64,000 nt of DNA from Mollicutes bacterium (GTDB lineage Bacteria; Bacillota_I; Bacilli_A; RF39; UBA660): contig JAAZKW010000003.1 of the NCBI GenBank assembly GCA_012799635.1, forward strand, positions 603 to 64,602. The letters run 5' to 3'. The position numbers and the translations under genes were made by a program. How positions within the stretch are numbered: the stretch's first letter is position 1; every line of letters begins with the position of its first letter. Shown piece after piece: positions 21,288 through 30,978 of this stretch. A model generated the notes under the pieces. It saw only the letters and a list, made by a program, of their open reading frames with translations, ran no database searches and was not told the origin of the DNA.

Positions 21288-21911
21288 CTATGAATAATTT
21301 TCAATATTACTTTGTCTTTGTCTTGCTATAGCTAGGCAACCTTTTGGGACATCTTTAGTTATTACAGAACCTGCTGCAATGGTAACATTATCCTTTATAT
21401 TAAGAGGTGAAATTAAGACACAATTAGCACCAGTTGATACATTATTTCCAATTTTACAAATGCTTTTAACTTTAGTTTTACTATTATAATTAGCAATAAT
21501 TGTTCCAGCTCCAAAATTATTATAATTTCCAATAAGAGCATCACCTAGATAAGTTAAGTGTTTAGCATTGTTATTTGAACCCATTGTTACTTTTTTTAGT
21601 TCAACAAAATTTCCAATGTTATTAAAAGATAAAAGTTTACTATCCCCTCGAATATGGCTAAAAGGGCCAATATTATTACTGTCTTCAATAAAGCTATTAG
21701 TTAAATATGAAGATCTTATGACATTTTCATTACCAATATACATATCTTCAATAACACTACTAACACCTATTAAGTTATTCTTACCAATTGATGTTTTCCC
21801 TTTGATTGTTACGTTCGGCTCAATAATAGTTCCATCACCAATCTTTACATCTTCGTCTATATATACCGTTTTAACATCAATAAAAGTTACCATAGGATAC
21901 TTATTTTTCAT
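21288..21911 (-). CDS. stand-alone left-handed beta-helix acetyltransferase homologous to the GlmU C-terminal domain
   Basis: HLTYLGDALIGNYNNFGAGTIIANYNSKTKVKSICKIGNNV...ITKDVPKGCLAIARQRQ aligns with the GlmU acetyltransferase half. There is no nucleotidyltransferase domain. Start is the ATG at 21911 after AGGTGA. Confidence 0.8.
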   Translation of the reverse strand: MKNKYPMVTFIDVKTVYIDEDVKIGDGTIIEPNVTIKGKTSIGKNNLIGVSSVIEDMYIGNENVIRSSYLTNSFIEDSNNIGPFSHIRGDSKLLSFNNIGNFVELKKVTMGSNNNAKHLTYLGDALIGNYNNFGAGTIIANYNSKTKVKSICKIGNNVSTGANCVLISPLNIKDNVTIAAGSVITKDVPKGCLAIARQRQSNIENYS

Positions 21912-21994
21912 TTTTATCACCTAATGTAATTATACAACAATTTTTATTATTGTAAAATAATATACTAGTGACTTTCTTTTTAAAAAAGGTTTAA

Positions 21995-22023
21995 TTGACA
22001 TGATATAAATAGACTAGTATAAT
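21995..22023 (+). promoter_or_regulatory. consensus sigma-A-type promoter
   Basis: TTGACA(21995-22000), 17 nt, TATAAT(22018-22023), 44 nt upstream of the methyltransferase ATG. Confidence 0.65.
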
Positions 22024-22067
22024 TTTATTGTAATTAAGTATTTGTCTTATATTAAAGAAGGTATAAA

Positions 22068-22811
22068 ATGAAAAAAGAAAAAGAATTTGAATATTATGAA
22101 AAAATAAGAAACTGGAGTTTTAATGAATTTGAAATTCGACAAGAACGTTTAACAAATTGGAATATGTATGAAGAACTTAATAAAATAGCTACTAAGGATT
22201 CTAAGATATTAGATTTAGGTACTGGTGGAGGAGAAAAATTATTAAAATATTTTCCCGATTGTAAAAAAATCGTAGGGACAGATTTTTCACCTTTAATGAT
22301 AGAAACTGCAAATAAAAATTTGTTATTAAGTGGAAGAAAGAATACTTCATTTAAAGTGATGGACAATTTAGCTATGGATGAGCCAGAAAATTACTATAAT
22401 ATAGTAGTTGCTAGAAATACCGTAACTGATCCAGTTCAAATATACAAGTGTTTAAAAAAGGGTGGGTATCTTTTAATACATGGTGTTGATAAATATGATT
22501 GTTTAGCATTAAAAATGAAATTTAAAAGAGGACAAGGTATGGATGATGTTAAACCTATAAGTATAGTAGATTATGAAAATGTATTAAATGCTGGATTTAA
22601 AGATGTTGAATTAATCCCAATTCATGTAAGAGAATTTTATAAAAATAAAGAGATATTTAAAAATTTTTTAAAGAAAGTGCCAATAATAAATGAATTTGAT
22701 AGTTCAAAAGAAATAGAAGATGATATATTAGACTCATATATAGAAGATAATACTCATAATGGTGAAATAATAATGTTAAGAAGATATTATGGAATATCTG
22801 CTAAAAAGTAA
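22068..22811 (+). CDS. class I SAM-dependent methyltransferase
   Basis: Motif I ILDLGTGGGEKL, followed by the acidic loop VGTDFS. Confidence 0.85.
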   Translation: MKKEKEFEYYEKIRNWSFNEFEIRQERLTNWNMYEELNKIATKDSKILDLGTGGGEKLLKYFPDCKKIVGTDFSPLMIETANKNLLLSGRKNTSFKVMDNLAMDEPENYYNIVVARNTVTDPVQIYKCLKKGGYLLIHGVDKYDCLALKMKFKRGQGMDDVKPISIVDYENVLNAGFKDVELIPIHVREFYKNKEIFKNFLKKVPIINEFDSSKEIEDDILDSYIEDNTHNGEIIMLRRYYGISAKK

Positions 22812-22898
22812 TCTTTCTTTTTATAAAACTATTACAAAAAGGATTTTAGGGGTTATTTATCTATAAAAACGTGATATAATTTGTTTAGGAGGGTTTAT

Positions 22899-23609
22899 AT
22901 GTTTAAAGATAAAAAAACCGTTATATTTGATGTTGATGGAACATTAATTGATTCTATTGGAATGTGGAACGACGTAGACAGACAATTAGTATTATCAGGA
23001 GGAGGTAAGCCCAAAATTACTATTGGGGAAGATCGAGATAAGTTTTTAGCAGAAAATACAACAGGTGAAATTTATTTAAATTATGCCGAATTTCTTAGAA
23101 CTTCTTATGATTTAAATAAAACAAAAGAAGAGCTAAACGCTCTTAGAAATGTAATTTCTTTAGATTACTTAAAGAATCAAATTGATTTAAAACCAGATGC
23201 TGATGTATTATTAAAGGAATTAAAACAAAGAGGATATATATTAGTAATGGCTACAATTGGAAGTAGGTGGGTTATCGATATATATTTAAATGAGAATAAA
23301 AACATATTAAATAAAATTGATTTAAAAGAAATTTTCGGTAGTAACATTTTGACTAAAGATAATGTAACTAATAAAAAACCACATCCAGAAGTATATTTAA
23401 AAGCTATTGAAATGGCTAAATCAATGCCCCAGGAGTGTTTAGTAGTTGAAGACTCATTAAGTGGCATTCAAGCGGCAAAAAATGCTGGTTTAAGTGTTGT
23501 ATGTTTGTATGATAAGTACTCTGATGTTGATAGATCAGAAATATTAAAGATATCTGACTATAATGTATCAGGTTTTGGTGAACTTTATCAAAGAGTAAGA
23601 AAAAGATGA
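22899..23609 (+). CDS. HAD-superfamily hydrolase (subfamily IA)
   Basis: DVDGTLIDS motif I, KPHPEVY, EDSLSGIQAAKNAG. Start is the ATG at 22899 after AGGAGGG. Confidence 0.85.
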   Translation: MFKDKKTVIFDVDGTLIDSIGMWNDVDRQLVLSGGGKPKITIGEDRDKFLAENTTGEIYLNYAEFLRTSYDLNKTKEELNALRNVISLDYLKNQIDLKPDADVLLKELKQRGYILVMATIGSRWVIDIYLNENKNILNKIDLKEIFGSNILTKDNVTNKKPHPEVYLKAIEMAKSMPQECLVVEDSLSGIQAAKNAGLSVVCLYDKYSDVDRSEILKISDYNVSGFGELYQRVRKR

Positions 23610-23737
23610 AATAATATAAATTCATCTTTTTTGTTAAAATATATTTTATAATAGATATATAATGAATAATAAAGTTTCTTAAAAATTGAATTAAATTTAT
23701 TTTTAAAGTATAATAATATCGATTGAAAGGAGTTTCT

Positions 23738-24316
23738 ATGTCAGAAGAAGTAAAATATCCAGTATATTATGCAGTTCAAAGAATGGAACATTATTCTAAG
23801 TTTGAAGGCTTTTTATTAGTTGGATTTATTGTGTCTAAATGTTGGGTTATAAATGTAGTGAAAAATTATTCAAAAAATGGTGATAGTGAAATAATTTATA
23901 AAGTGTTTTTTCCTTATAGTTATTGTAGTATATATAATGGGTTAAAAACTTTCAATAAAGATGGGACAGTTATGTTAATACCATCAGAAAATGAGGCATC
24001 AACGGTTAGATTAACTAATATATATACAAGCTATGAGGAAGCAAAAAAAGAAGCAGATTGGCAAAATAGTAAAATGTTTGTTTCTGAACTTGCATTAATT
24101 CCAACTCTAGATATTGAAAAAAATAAAAATAGGCAACAAGAACTTGAAGAAAATCTTGAAGAATGTAGAAAATGTGAGGAATTTATTTTTGAATTAACAA
24201 AAAGTATACCAATTAAACCAGATGATGAAATGAATGTTGATATAAGGCCTTATACAAGAAGTTATCCTTGTAATGTTGCTCGAATCAAAAGGAATTCAAA
24301 AGGAGAAAGAAGATGA
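23738..24316 (+). CDS. hypothetical protein (192 aa), translationally coupled to maf
   Basis: ATG at 23738 after AAAGGAG. Its stop overlaps the maf ATG (ATGA). Confidence 0.55.
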   Translation: MSEEVKYPVYYAVQRMEHYSKFEGFLLVGFIVSKCWVINVVKNYSKNGDSEIIYKVFFPYSYCSIYNGLKTFNKDGTVMLIPSENEASTVRLTNIYTSYEEAKKEADWQNSKMFVSELALIPTLDIEKNKNRQQELEENLEECRKCEEFIFELTKSIPIKPDDEMNVDIRPYTRSYPCNVARIKRNSKGERR

Positions 24317-24921
24317 AGTTAATTTTGGGTTCTGGATCTCCATCCAGAAAAAGAATAATGGATAGTGTAGGTTTTGAATATACAGTTGTAACGAGCAAGG
24401 AAAATGAAGTAAGTAAAGCAAAAAATCCTTGTGAATATACAAAGGAACTTTCTGTAATAAAAGCCCTGTCGGTTGAACGACAACTAAAAGAAGATAGTTT
24501 AATCATATGTGCAGATACAATCATGTATTCAGGTAACAAGCTTTATGAAAAACCTCAAACAGTAGAAGAAGCTAAAGAAAATTTAATGGAAATGAGAGGA
24601 AAAACAATTCAATCAATTACTGGGGTTACAATAAATGATATGTATCAGAAAAAAATTATTTCATTTAATGAAATAACACTTATGCACATAAGAAAATGTT
24701 TGGAATCTGATATAGATTGGTATATTGAAAATGAAGCAGACATGTTTTTATATAGTGGTTTTGTTGTTGAAGGAAAAGGTAAAATCTTTGTAGAGAAATA
24801 TGAAGGAGATTACTTTAATATTTTAGGATTACCAATAAGTAGAACAATTCATGAGTTAAATAATCTAGGTTATGAACTTTTTGATTTACCAATAAAAAGA
24901 GACCGTTTTAAAAAACAATAA
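24313..24921 (+). CDS. maf: Maf-family nucleoside triphosphate pyrophosphatase
   Basis: LILGSGSPSRKRIM N-terminus and overall Maf architecture. Confidence 0.9.
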   Translation: MKLILGSGSPSRKRIMDSVGFEYTVVTSKENEVSKAKNPCEYTKELSVIKALSVERQLKEDSLIICADTIMYSGNKLYEKPQTVEEAKENLMEMRGKTIQSITGVTINDMYQKKIISFNEITLMHIRKCLESDIDWYIENEADMFLYSGFVVEGKGKIFVEKYEGDYFNILGLPISRTIHELNNLGYELFDLPIKRDRFKKQ

Positions 24922-25098
24922 AATTAGAAGAAAAAACACTGTAAATAAAAGATATTTAATTAATGGTATTAAAGGTATTAGTTTTTATCAATATTATTTT
25001 AGAATTAAACTAAAGTATTTTGATAATTTTTATATTAAAACCATTTTTATTTCATAGATTAAACGAAATGTTTCTTGCTTTACTTCTATATTTTTTGC

Positions 25099-25126
25099 TT
25101 GACTATTATAAAAACCTTTGTATAAT
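25099..25126 (+). promoter_or_regulatory. sigma-A-type promoter
   Basis: TTGACT(25099-25104), 16 nt, TATAAT(25121-25126). This explains why the track ORF start at 25020 is spurious. Confidence 0.6.
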
Positions 25127-25148
25127 AAAAGACATATTGAGGAGAAAA

Positions 25149-26249
25149 ATGGAAAAAGAAAAAGCAATGGAATTATTAAATTTAGAGGAAATCAGTAAAA
25201 TGATTAATTTAATAGGTGAAACTGAAGGAATTTTGGGAATTGATTTAAAAGATATTCAAATCGGTGAAAAAAAATATAGATGTATTATTAAAAAGTCAGG
25301 TAAAGAAAGTTCTCCAACTGATAAGATAGAGTTTGCTATTTCATGTTCTGATGGTAGATTATTAGAAATTAATGTTGATTATTTTTGTGTTATGACTTCA
25401 GATGAGGATGGCGGATATGGTAGTAACCCTTATACAGCACATAAGGTTTATTTAGATATATTTTATAAAATAACAGAGAAAAGCTCACTACGTTTACATT
25501 TATATTATAGATGGGAATATCCTAATATAGGTTATAGTCGGGTAACGCCTTTTTTAGAAGATGATAAATATGACGTATTAAGAAGATATTTTAATGTTGA
25601 TAGATTAAGTAATAAGTTAGACCTAACATATATGTGTAGGAATGGAGAGTTTCCTTTCAATTGGGGATTGGAGCCTGAATCTTCTTTTCGCTATGGTAGG
25701 CCTTATAAAGGAATTAATTCTAAGAATGGAGATATACTTTTTATAGATGATTGCACTATTTCTATAGAAGAATTAAAAATGCTTCAATCATTTAATGTAA
25801 ATGTTGAAACAGCTAAAATTAATGGCTTAATTTCCGAAGATTTTATTAATAATTTACACCCGCTTATACGCGAAGAAATCAAAAAATCATATGAAACATT
25901 GAAGGATAAATTAAAGGATATAGAGAGTTCAAAAGAAGAAACCTTAAAAGAATATAATACAAGGATTTACGATCTTGAGAACGTGACAACATTCAGTGAT
26001 AAACTAGTAGAAACTTCATTTACAAAAGAAGAACTTGTTTATTTGCAACAAATTTTAAATGAGCATATTCAAAATATGCCTCGTGAGATAATAGAGGAAC
26101 CCGCATTAGAAAGAGTAAGAGCTATTACAAAATCGTATGATCCAGAAATTATATCTAAACATCTTGAACTTTTGCAAATAGGACTTAAGCCGCATGAAAT
26201 TGATTGTTTAAAAAGAGAACTTATTAGAAGTAAAGAAAGACATAAATAA
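25149..26249 (+). CDS. hypothetical protein (366 aa)
   Basis: ATG at 25149 after GAGGAGAAAA. No domain recognised. The C-terminal third looks coiled-coil. Confidence 0.6.
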   Translation: MEKEKAMELLNLEEISKMINLIGETEGILGIDLKDIQIGEKKYRCIIKKSGKESSPTDKIEFAISCSDGRLLEINVDYFCVMTSDEDGGYGSNPYTAHKVYLDIFYKITEKSSLRLHLYYRWEYPNIGYSRVTPFLEDDKYDVLRRYFNVDRLSNKLDLTYMCRNGEFPFNWGLEPESSFRYGRPYKGINSKNGDILFIDDCTISIEELKMLQSFNVNVETAKINGLISEDFINNLHPLIREEIKKSYETLKDKLKDIESSKEETLKEYNTRIYDLENVTTFSDKLVETSFTKEELVYLQQILNEHIQNMPREIIEEPALERVRAITKSYDPEIISKHLELLQIGLKPHEIDCLKRELIRSKERHK

Positions 26250-26294
26250 CGTTTTTTCTTTTGTTACAAAAGGTATAAAGAATCAAAGTTTATA

Positions 26295-26344
26295 AAAACA
26301 GCAAATAACTTGCATTTATATTAGTGGTCTTTTGCTGTTTTTTT
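26295..26344 (+). terminator. intrinsic terminator (long-loop hairpin)
   Basis: 11-bp stem AAAACAGCAAA/TTTGCTGTTTT followed by a T-run. Confidence 0.5.
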
Positions 26345-26408
26345 ATGATATAATTACTAAAGATGTTAGTATTATTTAAATATAATAGGTTGGATTTAAA
26401 AATAATAT

Positions 26409-26987
26409 ATGAAAAAATTAGTTGAAATAATAAAAAATAATGGCGTGGTGTGTGTGCTAACAGATACAGTATATGGCTTATGTGCTACTACTAAGACAAA
26501 AAAAGCGTTTGAAAAATTATATGCTTTAAAACAAAGAAAACCAAATAAACCATTTCCTATTGTGTGTTTAAATGAAAGCCAAATAAGAAAAATTGCTTAT
26601 GTGACAAATAGAGATTCACAAATAACTAAAAAGTTTATGCCTGGTCCATTAACAATAATATTAAATAAAAAAGAGGGATTTTTAAATTATTTAGAAGAAA
26701 CAACAATTGCTGTTAGAATAGCACCAACTATTGAAATTAAAAAGTTGTTAAATAAAGTTGGTGTACCTTTATTTATGACAAGTGCAAATATAAGTGGTAT
26801 AAAGGTATGTAAAAATATAAAAGACGTTAAAAAAACATTTCCTAATATTGATGGAATATTAGAAGGACAAGTTCATTATAAAGTTGCTAGTACAATTATT
26901 GATTGTACTAGTAATAAGATTAAATTAATAAGAAAAGGACCAATTTCAATAAAAGATATCAGGGAATATTTTGATAAAAGTAAATAA
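26409..26987 (+). CDS. tsaC: L-threonylcarbamoyladenylate synthase, single-domain TsaC/YrdC type
   Basis: YrdC-domain motifs LTDTVYGL, PGPLTIIL and TSANISG. At 192 aa it has no Sua5 C-terminal domain. Confidence 0.8.
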   Translation: MKKLVEIIKNNGVVCVLTDTVYGLCATTKTKKAFEKLYALKQRKPNKPFPIVCLNESQIRKIAYVTNRDSQITKKFMPGPLTIILNKKEGFLNYLEETTIAVRIAPTIEIKKLLNKVGVPLFMTSANISGIKVCKNIKDVKKTFPNIDGILEGQVHYKVASTIIDCTSNKIKLIRKGPISIKDIREYFDKSK

Positions 26988-27085
26988 TAATTAAGATATT
27001 ACTATATATTGAGAAAGTTTATAAACTCTTATGAAAAAAAATAATAAAAAAATGTTACACTTTTGATAACATTATAGGAGGAGAT

Positions 27086-27463
27086 ATGATGAATAAATTA
27101 ACAATGATAGGAACAGGACACGGTTTTGTACATAACTTATATAATACATGTTTTGTAATAAATAATAATTTTTTGATAAATACTGGTGGTAGTGTAGATA
27201 TTGTTAAAGATAAAGATTATGTAATGCATGAAGCGTTTTGTTTAGATGCTAATAAGGAAATATTTAAACCTTATGAAAAGAAACATTCAACTGTAAAATA
27301 TGTTTGTGAAAACTTTAATGATTTAAATATTAAAAATTTAATTTTATTTCATACAGAAGATTCTCATCCAAACGATAAAGATGTTTTGTATAAAAAAGAA
27401 GCAAAAGAATATTTTGATAACGATGTAATTGTTCCTAAAGATTTAGATGTTATAGAAATATAA
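27086..27463 (+). CDS. remnant of an MBL-fold metallo-hydrolase (in-frame internal deletion)
   Basis: The N-terminus LTMIGTGHGFVHNLYNTCFVINN..INTGGS and the C-terminus HEAFCL...KPYEKKHSTV...LILFHTED...VPKDLDVIEI match the two ends of a ~250-aa MBL family. The central part with HxHxDH is absent. Confidence 0.55.
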   Translation: MMNKLTMIGTGHGFVHNLYNTCFVINNNFLINTGGSVDIVKDKDYVMHEAFCLDANKEIFKPYEKKHSTVKYVCENFNDLNIKNLILFHTEDSHPNDKDVLYKKEAKEYFDNDVIVPKDLDVIEI

Positions 27464-27480
27464 AAAAGGAGATAAACCTT

Positions 27481-28326
27481 ATGGAAAATAAAACAAATAT
27501 TAACTATTATCCTGGTCATATGAATAAAGCAAAAAGATTAATTATGGAAAATATTAACGTAATAGATATTGTTTATGAAGTAATTGATGCTAGGATACCT
27601 TTTTCTTCGAAGATAGAGGATATTGATGAATTTATTAAAATAAAAAATAAAATTTTAGTTATGACAAAAAAAGATTTATGTAATATGGTTGAAACAAATA
27701 AATGGGTTAAATATTATGAAAAAAGTGGTTATAATGTCTTATGTATAGATTTAAAAGATAATAATGATTATAAAAAACTTATTGATTTAACTAAAAAAGT
27801 TACTTTTGAAATTCAAAAAAGAAGAATAAATAAAAAGCTTAAAGATAAAGTTATTAATGCTCTGGTAATAGGTATTCCTAATGTAGGTAAATCAACCTTA
27901 ATAAACAAATTAGTGGGTAAAAAAGTTGCTAATGTAGAAAACAAACCTGGAGTTACTAGACATTTAAGTTTTCTTCCAACCAAGCATGGAATAACATTAC
28001 TTGATACTCCTGGAATACTATGGCCTAAATTTGAAAATCAGCAAATTGCTATGAATATAGCTAGTGTTGGTTCAATTAAAAAAGAAGTTCTTAATATATA
28101 TGATGTTTGTTTATATCTTTTAGATATATATTTAAAACATTATCCTTTTATACTTGAAGATTATAAAGTAAAAGGTAATAACTCATTAGAAATATACGAA
28201 GCTCTAGCTAAGAAATGGGGTTTTATAAAAAATAATGAAATTGATAATAATAAAGTAAATGATAGGATATTTCATGATTTTGTTAGTGGTAAGATAAAAG
28301 GAGTAACTCTTGATATATGGAGATAG
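27481..28326 (+). CDS. rbgA: ribosome biogenesis GTPase A (YlqF/RbgA)
   Basis: YPGHMNKAKR, circularly permuted GTPase motifs (TKKD ... GIPNVGKST ... DTPG). Confidence 0.9.
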   Translation: MENKTNINYYPGHMNKAKRLIMENINVIDIVYEVIDARIPFSSKIEDIDEFIKIKNKILVMTKKDLCNMVETNKWVKYYEKSGYNVLCIDLKDNNDYKKLIDLTKKVTFEIQKRRINKKLKDKVINALVIGIPNVGKSTLINKLVGKKVANVENKPGVTRHLSFLPTKHGITLLDTPGILWPKFENQQIAMNIASVGSIKKEVLNIYDVCLYLLDIYLKHYPFILEDYKVKGNNSLEIYEALAKKWGFIKNNEIDNNKVNDRIFHDFVSGKIKGVTLDIWR

Positions 28327-28943
28327 ATTTACTTTCATACGAAAAAGATTTATACTTAAAAGGATATCATTTAATAGCAGGAGTTGATGAAGCTGGAAGA
28401 GGTCCTTTATGTGGTCCTGTAGTGGCAAGTGCCGTTATTCTTCCTGAAAATTACCATTTAAAAGGTCTAAATGATTCTAAGAAGCTTACATCAAAAAAAA
28501 GAGATGAGTTATATGATATAATTATGAAAGATGCTGTTAGTGTTGGAATATCTATTATAAGTAATGATATAATAGATGAAATAAACATTTTAGAAGCATC
28601 AAGACTTGCTATGAATAATGCTATAAAAGATTTAAAAACAAAACCTGATTATATATTAACTGATGCTATGGATTTATATAAAGAAAAGGTATTACCTATA
28701 ATTAAAGGTGATCAAAAGTCTATTTCAATAGCTGCCGCATCAGTTATTGCTAAAGTAACTAGAGATAGAATTATGGATGATTATGATAATAAATATCCTT
28801 TATATGAATTTAAAAATCATAAGGGATATCCTACTAAAAAACATTTAGAATTAATTGAAAAATATGGTATACTAGATTTCTATCGAAAAAGTTATAAACC
28901 TGTTAAAAAAATTCTAGAAAGGAAAAATAATGAAATACTTTAA
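28317..28943 (+). CDS. rnhB: ribonuclease HII
   Basis: AGVDEAGRGPLCGPVVA active-site motif, DSKKLT, and appropriate size. Confidence 0.9.
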   Translation: MEIDLLSYEKDLYLKGYHLIAGVDEAGRGPLCGPVVASAVILPENYHLKGLNDSKKLTSKKRDELYDIIMKDAVSVGISIISNDIIDEINILEASRLAMNNAIKDLKTKPDYILTDAMDLYKEKVLPIIKGDQKSISIAAASVIAKVTRDRIMDDYDNKYPLYEFKNHKGYPTKKHLELIEKYGILDFYRKSYKPVKKILERKNNEIL

Positions 28944-30978
28944 AACTCAAGTACTTAAAAATTATTTGTATTTAATAACTGTTAGTTTGCTTTTAGAGAT
29001 AATATTTAGATTAATAACTAACTTACCAATTTTTAATTATTCATTAATAAGAATTTTTTTAGCAAACTCACTTATATCAATTATAATTGCATATATATCA
29101 TCTTTCTTTAAAAAGAAGATAAATTTTATAATATGTACTATATATTTATTAGTAATATCTATTTATGGATTATTACAACTTGCTTTTAATAATTATATTG
29201 GTGTTTATATATCTTTTAATACATCAAGTCAATTAGGAGCTGTTAAAGATTATATTATAGATTTTATAAAAGCGATTAAACCAAATTATTATTTAATATT
29301 ATTACCTTTAGTTATAGCTATAATAAGTAAAATATTACTAACTAAAATAGGGGTTAAAAAAGAAGTTACTTTATCAAAAGAAAGAGATATTTATCAAAAT
29401 ATTATTACACTTGCAGGAGTAATAATTCTTTTAATTGTCTTTGGAAGAAGTTATACCTTTCTTTTAAAGGATAATTATTCTACTGATAATTATCAAGCAG
29501 TATCAAATAGGGATCTGTTTATAAATATTCCTAATTCTGGTCTTTTTGTTAAAGAGTTTGGAATAGCTACATATGGATTTCAGGATTTGAAAAACAAGAT
29601 GCTTAAAAAAGAAAGTAATGTTTATTCATATGAGGATTTTGCTTCAGCAAATATTATGCCAACCAATAGAGAGTTTGATGATACTTTGTGGGAAATGTTA
29701 ATCGAAGAAGAAACAAAAGATAAATATAATAATTTAAATAAGTATTATATTAATAAAGTTATTGATGATAAGAATGAAAAGACAGCTATTTTTGAAAATA
29801 AGAATTTAATTATTATTATGATGGAAAGTGTCAATGATATTATATATAATGAAAAATATTTTCCTAATTTTTATAAAATGGCTTCTGAAGGATGGTATTT
29901 TGAAAATAATTATTCACCTAGAAACTCTTGTGCTACTGGAAATAATGAATTTTCAGCATTAACAGGACTTTATACAGTATATAATACTTGTTCTGCTAAT
30001 ACTTATCGCAATAATGAATATTATCAGGCTTTATTTAATTTATTTAATAAGAAAGGTTACTATACATCAAGTTATCATAACTATAACGAAAATTATTATT
30101 ATAGGTCGATTATTCATCCTAATATGGGAAGTCAAAAGTATTATGGTGTTCAAGATCTAAATATTAAATGGTCTAATAAATATGGTGATTGGGCTGATGA
30201 TGTTGATTTAATGAAGGCTTATTTAAAGCTTTTAATTGAAAATAAAGATGATAAAAAATTTATGAGTTTTATAACAACGGTTTCATCTCATAATCCATAT
30301 GCTATATCAACTGATTTTGGAGATCGATATTTAGATATGACTAAAGATACTGATTTTCCAAAAGATCTTCGTAGATACTATTCTAAATTAAAAGTATTAG
30401 ATGAAGCATTAGGAGTCTTATTAAATAGTCTTGAAGAGGAAAAATTACTTGATGATACTGTTATTCTTTTGTTTGGTGATCATTATCCCTATGCTCTTGA
30501 TACTAAAACTTTAAAAAATGTTATGACAAGAGATTTAGATGACTATGAAATAGATAAAACGCCTTTAGTAATATATAATCCTAGATTAAAAAGTGAAGTG
30601 TTTGATTATTATACTAGTTATATTAATTTTACTCCTACATTAGCTAATTTATTTAATTTAGATTATGATCCTAGGTTATATGCTGGAGAAGATATGTTTA
30701 ATTCTAACTTTAGTAATACAGTAATATTTGCTGATTCATCATGGAAAAACAAATTAGCATATTATAATGCTTCAGTAGGAGGAATAACTTACTATACTGA
30801 TTTTAAATATTCTGAAGAAGAGATTAAAAATATAAATTATAAAATCTTTGATAAACTAAATTCATCAACCCAAAGTATTAAAAATAATTATTTTAAATAT
30901 TTACATGATAAATTACAAGAGATATCTTTAATTCAAAAAGATGAAGATATATTAAGCAAAGGAGAAAATATAAATTGA
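28930..30978 (+). CDS. LTA synthase-family sulfatase-domain membrane protein
   Basis: Five N-terminal TM helices plus an extracellular alkaline-phosphatase/sulfatase-like domain (IIMMESVN, CATGNNEFSALTGLY, GDHYPY). Confidence 0.8.
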   Translation: MKYFKTQVLKNYLYLITVSLLLEIIFRLITNLPIFNYSLIRIFLANSLISIIIAYISSFFKKKINFIICTIYLLVISIYGLLQLAFNNYIGVYISFNTSSQLGAVKDYIIDFIKAIKPNYYLILLPLVIAIISKILLTKIGVKKEVTLSKERDIYQNIITLAGVIILLIVFGRSYTFLLKDNYSTDNYQAVSNRDLFINIPNSGLFVKEFGIATYGFQDLKNKMLKKESNVYSYEDFASANIMPTNREFDDTLWEMLIEEETKDKYNNLNKYYINKVIDDKNEKTAIFENKNLIIIMMESVNDIIYNEKYFPNFYKMASEGWYFENNYSPRNSCATGNNEFSALTGLYTVYNTCSANTYRNNEYYQALFNLFNKKGYYTSSYHNYNENYYYRSIIHPNMGSQKYYGVQDLNIKWSNKYGDWADDVDLMKAYLKLLIENKDDKKFMSFITTVSSHNPYAISTDFGDRYLDMTKDTDFPKDLRRYYSKLKVLDEALGVLLNSLEEEKLLDDTVILLFGDHYPYALDTKTLKNVMTRDLDDYEIDKTPLVIYNPRLKSEVFDYYTSYINFTPTLANLFNLDYDPRLYAGEDMFNSNFSNTVIFADSSWKNKLAYYNASVGGITYYTDFKYSEEEIKNINYKIFDKLNSSTQSIKNNYFKYLHDKLQEISLIQKDEDILSKGENIN

